Source: Octopus sinensis
Taxonomy: Eukaryota
Length of the DNA stretch: 64,000 nt
Direction: 5' to 3'
Assembly (NCBI RefSeq): GCF_006345805.1
Contig: NC_042997.1
Coordinates: forward strand, 114,328,001-114,392,000
In this document: piece after piece, positions 52,162 through 64,000 of the stretch
Layout of the letters: every line of letters begins with the position of its first letter
Position numbering within the stretch: the stretch's first letter is position 1
Program-made: the position numbers and the translations under genes
Notes under the pieces: generated by a model
Database searches by the model: none
The model's input: only the letters and a program-made list of their open reading frames with translations
Told to the model about the DNA's origin: nothing

Positions 52162-55100
52162 TTACATTTTTAAAGAAGCTAATCTAATACTGCAGTAAAG
52201 TTTAATACGCTAAAATCAAGCTTGGCACAATTCTTGTTTTTGCTCAGTTATCTTTTGCTTGAAAGCTGATGAGCAAAGGCTAAGGTAAAAGTTAAAAAAG
52301 GTCATTGTTCATCATCGTCATTTAATATCCCTTTGCCATACTGGCATGGGTTGGATGGTTTGACAGGATCTAGCAAGCCAGAGAGCTGCACCAGGCTCCA
52401 ATTGTCTGCTTTGGTATGGTTTCTATGGTTGGGTGCCCTTTCTAACACTAACAACTTTTACAGAGTGTACTGGGTTCTTTTTATGTAACACCAACATGAG
52501 AGCTTTTTATGTAAAACAATTTTATCAATTAGAAACCATCAAATCAGATTCATCATCTGATTTTTCGAATAACTCCAGCATTTCTTTTTCATGTAATTTT
52601 TCATGAATGTTTCATCCTACCAGGTCATCATTATCATCATCCTAACCTGATCATTCCACAGCAGGTTGTCTTCATCCATAGTACTGATGCCAGTCTTTAA
52701 AATGCCCTTTTTTGCTACTCTCAAATTATATATTGGAGTAAAGTATTCCACATTGCTTCAATGCAGGCAGTAGCAATAGCAAGGCCAGGCCTTTTAAGAT
52801 TACCTCCAGATGTTTTCTTTTCTATTTCATCCAATGTTTTCCCCTTAGACATATTTTAGTGTTTGACATTTTCTGAGGCTACACTTTGTTCTTTCTCCTT
52901 AGTCTAATGTTGCAGTTAATAACAAATTATATACACTCTATATGGGGGTTCTTTTCAGAAAATTCTATGAAATTTAAATATAAGTTTAAATATTGTAATG
53001 TAAGCAATACATCTCCTTTTTCTACTCAGACTTTTATTATAAGAATGTATACGAAAGATTGTTTTTACTGTCAGTTGTCAGTAATGTAACTTTCACATAT
53101 GTATATGCATTCCTGAATATAGATATGTACATGCATATACTTATATACGTATACATGCATATATGTGTAGGTATGTATACATATACACACATCATCATCA
53201 TCATTGTTTAACATCCGCTTTCCATCCTAGCATGGGATGGACAATTGGACTGAGGACTGGTAAACCAGATGGCTGCACCAGGCTCCAATCTGATCTGGCA
53301 GAGTTTCTACAGCTGGATGCCCTTCCTAACGCCAACCACTCTGAGAGTGTAGTGGGTGCTTTTACATGCCACTGGCATGAAGGTCAGTCAGGCGGTACTG
53401 GCAACAGCCACGCTCAAATGGTGTTTTTTACGTGCCACCTGCACAAGAGCCAGTCCAGTGGCACTGGCAATGAGCTCGCTCGAATACATATTTACACACA
53501 CATACACATATTTATATACAATCTATTATTAATCTGTATATCAACCCAATAATAGATTTTTACTCAATGATATCATCAAAATGATTGAAACTGGCATCAA
53601 ATCAAAGTGATTTGCTGAAAAGCATATAATTTGATAGCTACCACTGTCTGATAAAAAGTTTCTATATAAAAAAAATATTATACAAATTTGAAGTTCGGAA
53701 ATTGTAATATTGTTATCTGTTATTTTAAAAAAAAATAAACAATTTGAATTATAATCTTTTAAATGAAATAATCAGTTTTAAATAATAGAATTTATCAACA
53801 GACACAGTGTGTGTGTGTCTTGACATCACGTGATGGTTGTAAGTGTCACTGTCAAACAAGTGATGCTGTCCAGTTCCAGTCTTCAGTGGAAACATGTCAG
53901 GCCAAGGGGAAATATTACACTAGTTGGATAACTGGAAGGGCATTCAGCTTCAGATAATCTGCCTCAGTGGATTCCTTCTGACCCATAGAAATGTGGACAG
54001 TAAAATGATGGTGATGACACCAGATGCATATTAACAACTGTCATTGGGTGTATTCACTAAACATACAGTGTTTCATAGTTGCATACATTAGTCATTAGAG
54101 GTCTTGGATTACTACCCTTAGTATCTTTGTTTCTGTAGCTTTGTTAAATTTGTTTATTTTATTATTATCCTTTTTTTCTTTTTTCTTATACATAATACTA
54201 TCCTCAATTTTAATTTTTTGCGAGGAGGATTCCATTTCTTGTTCTTTAATGTTTGAATATACAATAGTGTATTCTAATGTTAGAAAACTCCCCACCCATG
54301 AAGCTTCCACACAGCCTAAACATGGCATGGTAATTGTAATCCAGGGACTATAGATAAAATATAAGAGTTCTTAGAAGAAATCTCAAGGGTTGGAATGTGC
54401 AAGTTGAATTCTTGCTCTCATTTTGTTTGCTGTAATCTTCTCAGCCTACTGACATAGTACTTTCCCAAACCAGCAGACGTACAGCATCACCTTAAAGGAA
54501 TGGGTAAATCATTTAACATCTCTTCTCGCAAGGAACTTCTCTATGATTAAGGTTGCAGTACTCAGTTATTATTGGAAAAATCTGAAGTAGAAACCCAATT
54601 ACTGAATTGTATTTTGTTTTTTACTCTGCAAGCTCAGAACTTTAAGCACGTATTTAAGAAAACCTGCTGTTTTCATGCGTGAATTCACAAATATCACTGT
54701 GCAAAATATTAAATCATTTGATGCCTTGTTGACTTGAAGCCTCTACCATTAAGTCAAGTTCTGGATGTGGATTGATGTGGGAATACACACAGCAACTATT
54801 ATTACTTTTGTAAAGCTATGAACATGCGGAGGGTGGGGGAATGATAAAAAAAAAAAATGAAGAGAAATATTAAAAATCCAAGAAGCATGGTTTTACTGTT
54901 TTCAACATTGTAAAAACAAAATGAGTCAGAAGTTGTTAAGAGACTTGTAAAATAACAATCTGGCATAGGAGACAGATTTACAAGTTATATATGTATCACC
55001 AACTTCTCCACTAGGCTAGAAATAATGTGACAAGCTAAAAATGTTTGTACCCCGTCCTGAAAGATGGACAGAGGTGGAGTTGTCACAACTCATGTCTTCT

Positions 55101-56822
55101 TTAATCCACAATCAAGTGACCCTGTTTAGTCAACATAGGCCAATCTATAATCCAATATCTAATATATTTAATGCATAACTGTCAGCCTGTCTAAATACAG
55201 TTAATCAGTATCACATGTATACACAGTAGATTCTTTCCAATTTTAATCTCTGAACCTTGTTTTCACCACCGATGAAGTACTCTGCTTCAGTATTACAACT
55301 CTGCATGCTTGAATTAACATGTCATCAACTGGATTCTATATCTTAGTTTTCTTTTTTTAATTTGATACCAAAATTATATATTTATCAGTTATGGTGAAGA
55401 AACTTGACAGAAAGATGTTGCCATAAGCTTATTAAAAAACTAACAATATTGATTTCTAACATAGGTACATAGTCAAAATGTTAGGTAAGGGGTGTAGTCT
55501 ATCAATCAATTGTAGTACTTGACTGGTACTTATTTTATTAGCCCCTGAAGGATAAAAGTAAAAATGATCTCAGCAGGAATTGATTTCAGCACAGAAAAGG
55601 ATGCAGTCCAGAAGGTAAAAGCTATGTATCTCTTCTTGTGAAGACACATTCTTGACAAGAATGCATCACAAAGACAGGCCTTCTTCAGGGCCACAAAATA
55701 TTTTGTTCCACAACAATTACTAATCATTAACAAAGCTCAGGTTGAAACCCCAAAATGGTGTAAAGTTCACATGTCTGGGATGGTGCTGCTACTACACATC
55801 CAGATATCCTAGATTACATCATAAAACAGGTAGTCTGATTGGTATGAAATCACTCACCAACACACTTCATCTTTTGCCCACAGGCATGATGTCTCCTCTT
55901 TTGTCCTTTCTACCACTACTACAGAGGACTCTGCTCTCCAAAGTTAGCTGGTCTTGGGCCTCCTTCACTCAAGCACTCATCTCCTCTCATAACCTATATT
56001 GTATCCACCCCAACCTTCCCATGGATTAGTGCATAAACTTTTATGCCCAGAACATTGAACCTATGAAGTTTCCTCCCCAATCTTGTTTTCATTGCAGCCA
56101 TCAATTTGCAATTATTGAAGAGGGATATAAAAAAACCACATCCATCTCTCCAGTGTTGGATGGCTTATAATAGACATAAACATAACCTCCTTCTAACCGA
56201 TGATGAATTAAATATAAATACCACAAGGCATTTTGTTCGTCATTGTACTGATTTTTCCACATTTTCTTAAATTGGGTACAACACCAGACATTATGTGGGA
56301 TGGAGATTTGATGGCATTGACACCAATATATGACTAAAGCATATGTTATTGATTGTGAAAGGAGAGAAGGCACAGATGACTTTGATAAAATCAACAACAG
56401 TCATAAGATAAAACAGAATATAAAAGAAACAATATGGCAATTACTGTTAATATGGAACGAAAGAGTTTGTCTTCCTTTGGGAAAACATTGAAAGATTTAA
56501 AGAAATCATAGCTTATAAGTACTTCAATGTATCAATCACTATATAGGATGAATGTAAAACAAAGAAATTAAAATGAGCTACAAAAAGTAATTCATTTGGG
56601 TTAATGGTATGAATTCAGATAAATACTTTAGGGAAGGAAATATTGAGTGACATTCAAAATTTTAAATTAAATGGAATTTTCCTTTCAGTCAGAGAAAGAA
56701 AACACAAACTCAGCAGTATTTATTTATTAAGTTTCAAAGAAAAGGGGAGATATTTTCAAGAAAGTAAGAATCAACTTTATACAATCAATTTACATGATTT
56801 TTGTTTGTAGAAAAAGTAACAG

Positions 56823-56864
56823 CTATGGTCAGGTTTCAATCTTATTGGACCTCATCAGAATAGT
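56823..56864 (-). ncRNA. Degenerate hammerhead ribozyme-like motif
   Basis: Minus strand reads ctatt CTGATGA GGTC-caataa-GATT GAAA cctg AC catag. Core boxes are intact, but stem II is weak, U16.1 is replaced and stem I has a mismatch. Confidence 0.4.
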
Positions 56865-57744
56865 ATGATCTATTAAAGCCCGTTTTGATCAACTGACAAT
56901 AAGCTTTTGCTGATTATAATTTTTATACTTAAAAAATCAAATGAGATAAGAGAAATTAACTCAAATGGTGCAATTTTGATAAATTAAGGGGTGAAATACT
57001 GAATACCTTCACAAAAGTAGAAATTTCTCTTTTAACTGGAGTAAGTAAGCAAAAAACTAACCATGTAAAGGGAAAAACTAACCATATAAAGAAAAAATTT
57101 GTGGGAATTAACAGAATTTTTTTTGCAAATGTTATTCAGTGCAATGAGCCTGAACTTATTTAATTAATATATGAAGTTGCAAGCTTAAGTATTACAGTTA
57201 AGTATTACACCAAAGAACAGAATGTAATGGTTCCTTCAATAAATGAACTTATAACCCATAGCTTAAGAAAAACATTGGAAACTTTTTTTCAAATTGCCTT
57301 TTATTCTTTATTACACCTACACATAATTTTAGATGTTGTTTTAAATGGTTATGGCATTTTCATTGTCTTTTAACCCTAAATTCTATTTAAACACGTATAC
57401 AAATAAAAATAAACACCACATTCATGCAAAATCTATTGAATTATCTAGAGTAAACTGTAACCACAATGTCATTCAATAGTGAACAAGTTTTTTTACCAGT
57501 AAGATTTTATGAATGAGTTGAAACAACTGCATATGTGAATAGTTGAACAAAGAGGAAGTTAAAAAATCATACTAAATAGCAGGCCAGAAAAATAAACCAA
57601 TAAAAATATTTTGTATGTTCAAGTAATTTTTTACATTCAAAAGATATAGCTTATAACAGTGAAAGATCAGAGACAGCAAATATATTCTGTTAAAGAAAAG
57701 ACTTAAGTAATTCAATGAATTGGGTAAGAAACAGTAGTAAAGTT

Positions 57745-58154
57745 TTTGAAGGCGACGAACTGGCAGAAATGTTAGCACGCTAGGCGAAATGCTTAGTGGT
57801 ATTTCGTCTGCCATTATGTTCTGAGTTCAAATTCCGCCGAGGTCGACTTTGCCTTTCATCCTTTCGGGGTTGATAAATTAAGTACCAGTTACGCACTGGG
57901 GTCGACTTAATCCGTCTGTCTGTCCTTGTTTGTCTCCTCTGTGTTTAGCCCCCTGTGGGTAGTAAAGAAATAGGTATTTCGTCTGCCGTTACGTTCTGAG
58001 TTCAAATTCCGCCAAGGTTGACTTTGCCTTTCATCCTTTCAGGATCAATAAATTAAGTACCAGTTATGCACTGGGGTCGATGTAATCGACTTAATCCCTT
58101 TGTCTGTCCTTGTTTGTCCCCTTTATGTCTAGCCCCTTGTGGGCAATAAAGAAA
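57745..58154 (+). mobile_element. tRNA-headed SINE family B, partial dimer with a 20-bp target site duplication
   Basis: A-box/B-box-like head (tggcagaaatgttagc, gagttcaaattcc). Duplication TAAGAAACAGTAGTAAAGTT at 57725-57744 and 58155-58174. Related copies at about 51113-51345 (+) and 15789-16022, 23068-23275, 33780-33992, 34190-34393 and 40404-40616 (-). Confidence 0.88.
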
Positions 58155-58799
58155 TAAGAAACAGTAGTAAAGTTGTTCAGAGTGGTTTGAAGAAATTCAG
58201 TATATTTCAGTTCACTGTGTCTACAATGAGTTGTTCTATGTATAAAATGTACAGTAATAATTCATGACAATAGAATGGTCAAAGGTAGGAACCTTCAGCA
58301 TATAAGGAGAAAGGTTTTGTTGCTTGTACAATATAAATTTAATTTATAGAGCTCAAACAGAAACTGAGAATTAATGATGCCCAAAAAATACAATGGTGTA
58401 ATATTACATCAAAAGATGAAAGAGACTAGAAAAACAAAGAGTTGTGATTGATGAGAGGAGTAGCAGCTGTTACAGAAATAGCCTAAAGAATACTTAGAGC
58501 AAACTCATTGATGCTAATATAACACTTTGATTTCTTCTTTAAGTACTAACATAATGGATTTAACTCTGGGAGGTAAGAATAAATATTTCAGAAAAAGTTA
58601 ACTGAAATGGCATATCTTTTATTGTGCCCCACCCCCACCCCAGTTTTACAAAAGTTGTTACTTTTCTTGTCTATTGATCACATCAATCTAAGTCCATGCT
58701 AAAACGAGTGTCTTAAAATATGGGAAAGCTTTAACAAACAGCTTCAATATTACCTTGCCTTGTGATACTAGATTAGTCATATATGTTCTGTAGTTTTAG

Positions 58800-59110
58800 T
58801 TCAAAAAACAATTTAACGAGGAAATAAAACATTTGAAGTTGAAACACAGAACACAAGACAAACAGCCTTGTCAGGCAGTAAGTCATATGCTGTGACAGGC
58901 AGGAATCATTCCTTACCACAGTAAAACAATGAAAGCTAACCTGGTATGAACATGTATACTGACATGGCTCCCTGTCCAAAGCCATTCCCCAGGGCACAGT
59001 TACAGAAAGACAAAGAATATTTTGCTCTAACAAGGACTGGAGAAGTTTCAATACTTCAGCCATTCTGCATATGATGGAGGGCAGGGGCTTCCAGAGTGTT
59101 TAGAATAGCA
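58800..59110 (+). mobile_element. RTE-like LINE C-terminal remnant
   Basis: Reads KLTWYEHV then, past a stop, HGSLSKAIPQGTV, resembling the RTE motif RLRWFGHV...SLSKTILQGTV. Confidence 0.55.
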
Positions 59111-59442
59111 CTCCAATAATTGGCTGTGCCAGTACTCCCTAACTGGCTCCCATGCTGGTGGTATGTAAAAAGCACTATCTGAACATGATTGATGCCAGGA
59201 GTACCTGACTGGCTCCGGTGCTAGTGGCAAGTTAAAAGCACCCACTATACTCTCAGTGGTTGGCATTAAGAAGGGTATCCAGCAGTAGAAACTGCCAGAG
59301 CAGATTGGAGCCTGCTGCAGCCACTGGTTCTCCAGACCTCAGTCAAACCGTCCAACCTGTGCCAGCATAGAAAACGGACATTAAACTATGATGATGATAC
59401 ATTATTTACATTTGATGTATGTTTGTCCTCATCTTTGTTGTT

Positions 59443-59485
59443 AACACATTTCAGCTGATATACCCTCCAGCCTTCATCAGGTGTC
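59443..59485 (-). ncRNA. Hammerhead ribozyme-like motif lacking stem III and the cleavage triplet
   Basis: Minus strand reads GACAC CTGATGA a GGCTG-gagggtatat-CAGCT GAAA t GTGTT: 5-bp stem I and 5-bp stem II. Confidence 0.6.
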
Positions 59486-62400
59486 TTGGGGAAATTTCAA
59501 ACCTGGCTTCTCATTCCTTAGGTATTTTTCAATATTGTTATTGTTGTTATTATTATTATTGAGTGAGAGAGCAGTGCATGCCATTATTATTATTATTATT
59601 AGTAGTAGTAGTAGTAGTAGCAGTAGCAGTAGTAGTAGTAGTAGTAGTAGTAGTATTCAGGTCACTGCTTGGAATTGAATTTGGAATCTTGGGGTTAGTA
59701 GCCCACGCTCTTAACCACTATACCATATGACCATATGATGATGATAATGAGGAAGGTAATATGTGGATGAAAGATTAAAAATAAAATATAACTATTTAAA
59801 AAGCAAACTAAAAATTTCCTTCACCATTGGAGGGCCATGAATTTTAGCAATTTTCATCCAATGTATCTCAATTAGATTCAATCATGGCATTTCAGATATG
59901 CAATGCATCTCTCATATTAAACAATACAACACACACCTCTGTTAATCAATGTTTAGAGGGCAGTAAACTTTATCTAATTTACTACTAAGGCTACTTTAAT
60001 AAATGATGAAGATTTGATGATAAATACAGCTGATGTAGAAAAAACCAAATTTAGTTAGTATAAGTCATCTGTGATTCTTTAAGATATATTTTAGTTGATG
60101 ATAACAGAACAGGCTTTGGGTTTAAAGAAGTAATTATGCTGTTGGTATTTCAATTTATGATGTTTTTTGTTCACTTGGATCAGAGGTCAGTAAACTACAG
60201 CCTGCATGTCAAACCAGCATGTGGCCTAATTTCATCTGCTCTGCCAGCTTTACTGACAATGAGACATTGCAATCAAAATTCTTTGTTTCCCTTATCTATT
60301 CTACAGTGAACAAACAATTATATTCAGAATTGAAAAATAAAGTAAAAGACTCTGTTTTGTAGTGACCTCAAATGAATATGGCACAAAAAAAACAAAATGA
60401 TTCTTTTATTTGTAAAGTGGTGGTGGTGGTGGTAAAAAGATGAAAGTTTCTCCAGGTGCAATATACCAAGCAGTAAATGCCTTCACCTTATGAAAAGAAT
60501 AAAGCAAGAGTAAATATTTTCACCTTTCCAAATGAATGGAGCAACAGAGGTAAACTATGTCTCCTATGCTGTCACATTATAACATACAAGAATAATCAAT
60601 TGTAATAAAGAGAGGAATAACAAAAAAGTTTACTTGTCTCTTAAGGAAAGCATATAAACTGCCTGGTACCACATTTAGCCTGAAGTTACACTTGTTCCCT
60701 TTCAGTCTAACTGAAAATGTTGTAACTTTGCTACATGCTGTCTCATAGCTGACACTTACTGACTATACTAAACATGAGGCATTTCCTTCATTACAGTGAC
60801 ATTTAAAACATTAAAAAAAAAAAAAAAGGTGCTGCTTTTAATCTCGTGTGATCAGGGTTGCATTTTTTGTTTTTATTTGCTTTGGCCTGCAGACATAAAA
60901 ACATATCCAATCCAGTCCACCTCCAAAACAGTTTGCCAACCTGGAGCTTGGATGTGAAAGGTAAGGATTTAGGAAATGGTGTAAATGTGTTGCTGTTTGT
61001 GAAATTATATAAAGTGCACAGATTAAAGCCAACAAGCCTTTCACACATCTCTGACTTGTGTTACTTAAGTTTCGAAATATTTGTGATCACCAAGTGCAGT
61101 ATGTGTTTAGTCTACCACAATACAGGAAGCATTTCTTTAAATACATTTGTAGTTAGTGTTATTGTTATATGTGGAAGATAAGCTGAGAACCTAGGCAGAA
61201 CAAGCACAATTCATAATGGACTTGATATAATCTTTATAAATCAATACAGTTTCCTTTCAATGACTGAATACTGTGCTAATGAATGTTCTTGAAATATTTA
61301 TTCTGGTTATTTTGTTTCAGTTGTTATGATATCTGTATTTTAAATGGCTACACTGGTGCATTTTATGACCAAACATTTTAGTCTTTTGGGACATGAATGA
61401 ATGTAATATTGGCAAGAGTGTTACAGTGCAAGATTATATTTTAATTAACTAAATTTATAACCAAAGTGAAAATGGAAAACACATCATAATTTTAATTCTG
61501 GTCAAGAAATGTAAGGGAAAAATCTTCGAATTTAAATTAAAATCAAGGATAGAATACAGTAGGGAGTGAGTCTGATGTTTGGCAGTTTGGTGACAGCTCC
61601 AGATAGGTTTTGGTCTCCTTTGACTTCAGTGTTGTCAGCTATACTATTCTGATTTTGATCCCCCATTACATTGTAGATAATAGCTGTAAAATGAAATTAT
61701 GAATATTGGCATATCATATCATGATCAACATTTTAAAGCTGGCTTTCCCATGTCTGCACAGCTTGAATGAAGTATGAAACAGATTTTCTATGGCCAGATG
61801 CCCTTCTTGTTTCCAAGCAAAGTAATATTACACCATAGCCAGATATATTTTCATGGAATATCGGTAATGAAAGTGACTGCTAGTATGATGGTGACACTCA
61901 TTGAGAACTATCATGCCCTGTCAAGACAAGGTCATACACACACATTGTGTGTGTATGAGAAAATAGAATACACAGGAAACTATATTGCTCACAATGATTG
62001 TTTCGACACATCCTGCATCCATCCCTCACAAGTGGGAAACTGTACAACTAGTTGTATTCCATTTTCTATCTATCATTTGTTGCATACTCAACATACACTG
62101 AGGAATTCCTGAGGTAGATCCACCAACAATTGTTTAATTACCATAGATGGTGCAGCCTTCTGGCTCGCCAGTCCTCAATCAAACCATCAAACCCATGCCA
62201 GCATGGAAAGCGAACATTAAACGACGATGATGATGACATCAGGTAGCCATAAGCAGTGTACCTGCTTTATCAGTATACTACTAGGAACATACCCAACACG
62301 TGTGTGTGTGTGTGCATATACTTACATATATGATGGATTTCTTTCAGTTTCTGTTCACCAAATCCGTTCACAAAGTTTTGCTCAGCCCAAGACTATGATA

Positions 62401-64000
62401 GAAGAAACTTGCACAAGTGCCATTGGCCTCAAAACCATGTAGTTGGGAAGCTTCTTAACCACATAGCCACACCTGCATCAACATGTGTGTATGTGAAATA
62501 CCAACACATCTATCGTGTGTGTGTGTGTTTTGAAGAGAGTAGTCAATAACACAGACCCTCGTAATATCCTGAGAGCTAGCTGGTTAGCTATCAATTGTAT
62601 AAAGTGTGTTTCCTTAGTTAAACAAATAACAAGAAATAGAGTGGAATGCTCTACTGCAGTTAAAGATATGGTTTGACGAATGTTTCCTTGTTTTATAGGT
62701 TGAGTAACATTAGAGAATAGTATAATAGGGGATTGAAAAGGTCAGAAGCTATGTTAGATGTGAAGGTTGAATATATAGGTTTTTTTCAATTTTTTTCTTT
62801 GAATAAATTTTTGGTTTTTCTATTATTTAGCACCTTACAAGATATGTGGACATATTACACACACCCTAATTTCAGCAATGAATATCCAGGTAAACGTTTT
62901 TAGTGCAGTAAAGCATGTATTATAGGCTGCACTTTGCATATAGGACTCAAGGTGATTTTTTTGACAAAAAAAGTGCATTTTATATGCTGCCAAATATGGC
63001 ACTATATTTTATCCATTTAGAGCAGTGGTTCTCAACCAGGATTCAGATGGCCTTAGGGAACCCATATAAGATTTTATTGTTAAAATGTATCTGCAATAAA
63101 TTACTTATACATCTACAATACACAAAATATTAAAATTTTTTTTATAGGCACAGGTATGACTGTGTGGTAGGAAGCTTGCTTTCCAATCACATGGTTCTGG
63201 GTTCAGTTCCAGTGTGGAACCTTGGGCAAGTGTTTTCTGCCAAAGCTTCAGGCCAAGTAAAGCCTTGTGAGTTAATTTGGTAGATGGAAACTGAAAGAAA
63301 CCCATCATATATATGTATATATGTGTGTGTGTGTTTTGTTCCCCCTACTCCCACTTGACAACCAGTGTTGGTGTGTTTATATCCCCATAACCTAGTGGTT
63401 CAGCAAAAGAGACCAATAGAATAAGTACCAGACTTAAAAATGTCCTGGGGTTGATCTGTTCAACTAAAACCCTTCAAGGTGGTGCTCCAGCATGGCTACA
63501 GTCAAATGACAGAAACAAGTAAAAGATAGAAGATATACTGAATGGCTATGGAGGTCCAGTGGAGTAAGATAGGAATCAAAGGGGTTGATAGGCAAAAGAC
63601 AGTAGAGTTTTGTCTAGCTTAAGCACCAATGTAATCTAATCTGTAGTTTCCAATGGTAATTCGCTGTATTAGTAAGAATAGCTAATTATGTTTGTTAGAG
63701 TTTCCCATTTGCCATTTTAAATGTTTTAAACGTGATATTGCAGGGATCTAAAGCACATGAAGTGCTTAGATGTTGTTTCTTTTATTTATCTTAGCTGGGG
63801 ATGGCTTCTGTTTAGTCCTAGCCCAGCCTTGACAAACTACTTGGCCCTTTTAATTGTGTTTATAATGTCAATGTTTTCTTGATGTGGTTTGAGATAATAT
63901 ATAGTAGTTGCTTGTATGTATATGGTATGGTACTATAATCACGCAGTATGGTATCGTGAATGAGAGAGAGTGTGTGTGTGTGTGTGTGCATGCGTGAGAG

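Noticed and set aside
54400-54850. Non-repetitive stretch resembling a conserved regulatory element
   Set aside because: This is only an impression. No motif or structure supports it without cross-species alignment.
55268-55300. ccgatgaagtact...agtatt as a hammerhead
   Set aside because: The GAAA box is absent.
27562-64000. Upstream TTC28 exon or a nested gene
   Set aside because: I found no TPR-like segment with a phase-0 donor and no consistent exon chain on either strand. The upstream exon is probably beyond the window, though a small exon could have been missed by eye.

Overview
AT-rich eukaryotic genomic DNA, probably from an octopus or another coleoid cephalopod. This is inferred from the repeat families and cannot be proven from the sequence alone. 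The only host gene I can support is a minus-strand TTC28 orthologue (long TPR array plus CHAT domain). I mapped 13 GT-AG exons between 27561 and 725 that splice with consistent phases into 5344 nt, about 1781 codons. The 5' and 3' ends of the gene lie outside the window, and 27562-64000 looks like one intron of more than 36 kb. The introns are packed with SINEs, LINE remnants (CR1/L2-like, RTE-like, and an R4/Dong-like element with a restriction-like endonuclease), hAT MITEs, Helitron-like elements, a mariner remnant and microsatellites. The most interesting signals are RNA-structural. At least six intronic fold-back structures are present, including a 121-bp near-perfect palindrome 132 nt from a splice donor. 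Three hammerhead-ribozyme-like motifs are also present, all sense to the TTC28 pre-mRNA and each carrying an apparently disabling change; one sits in a composite element with a tRNA-like head. All coordinates, alignments and identities were worked out by hand, and repeat boundaries are approximate.
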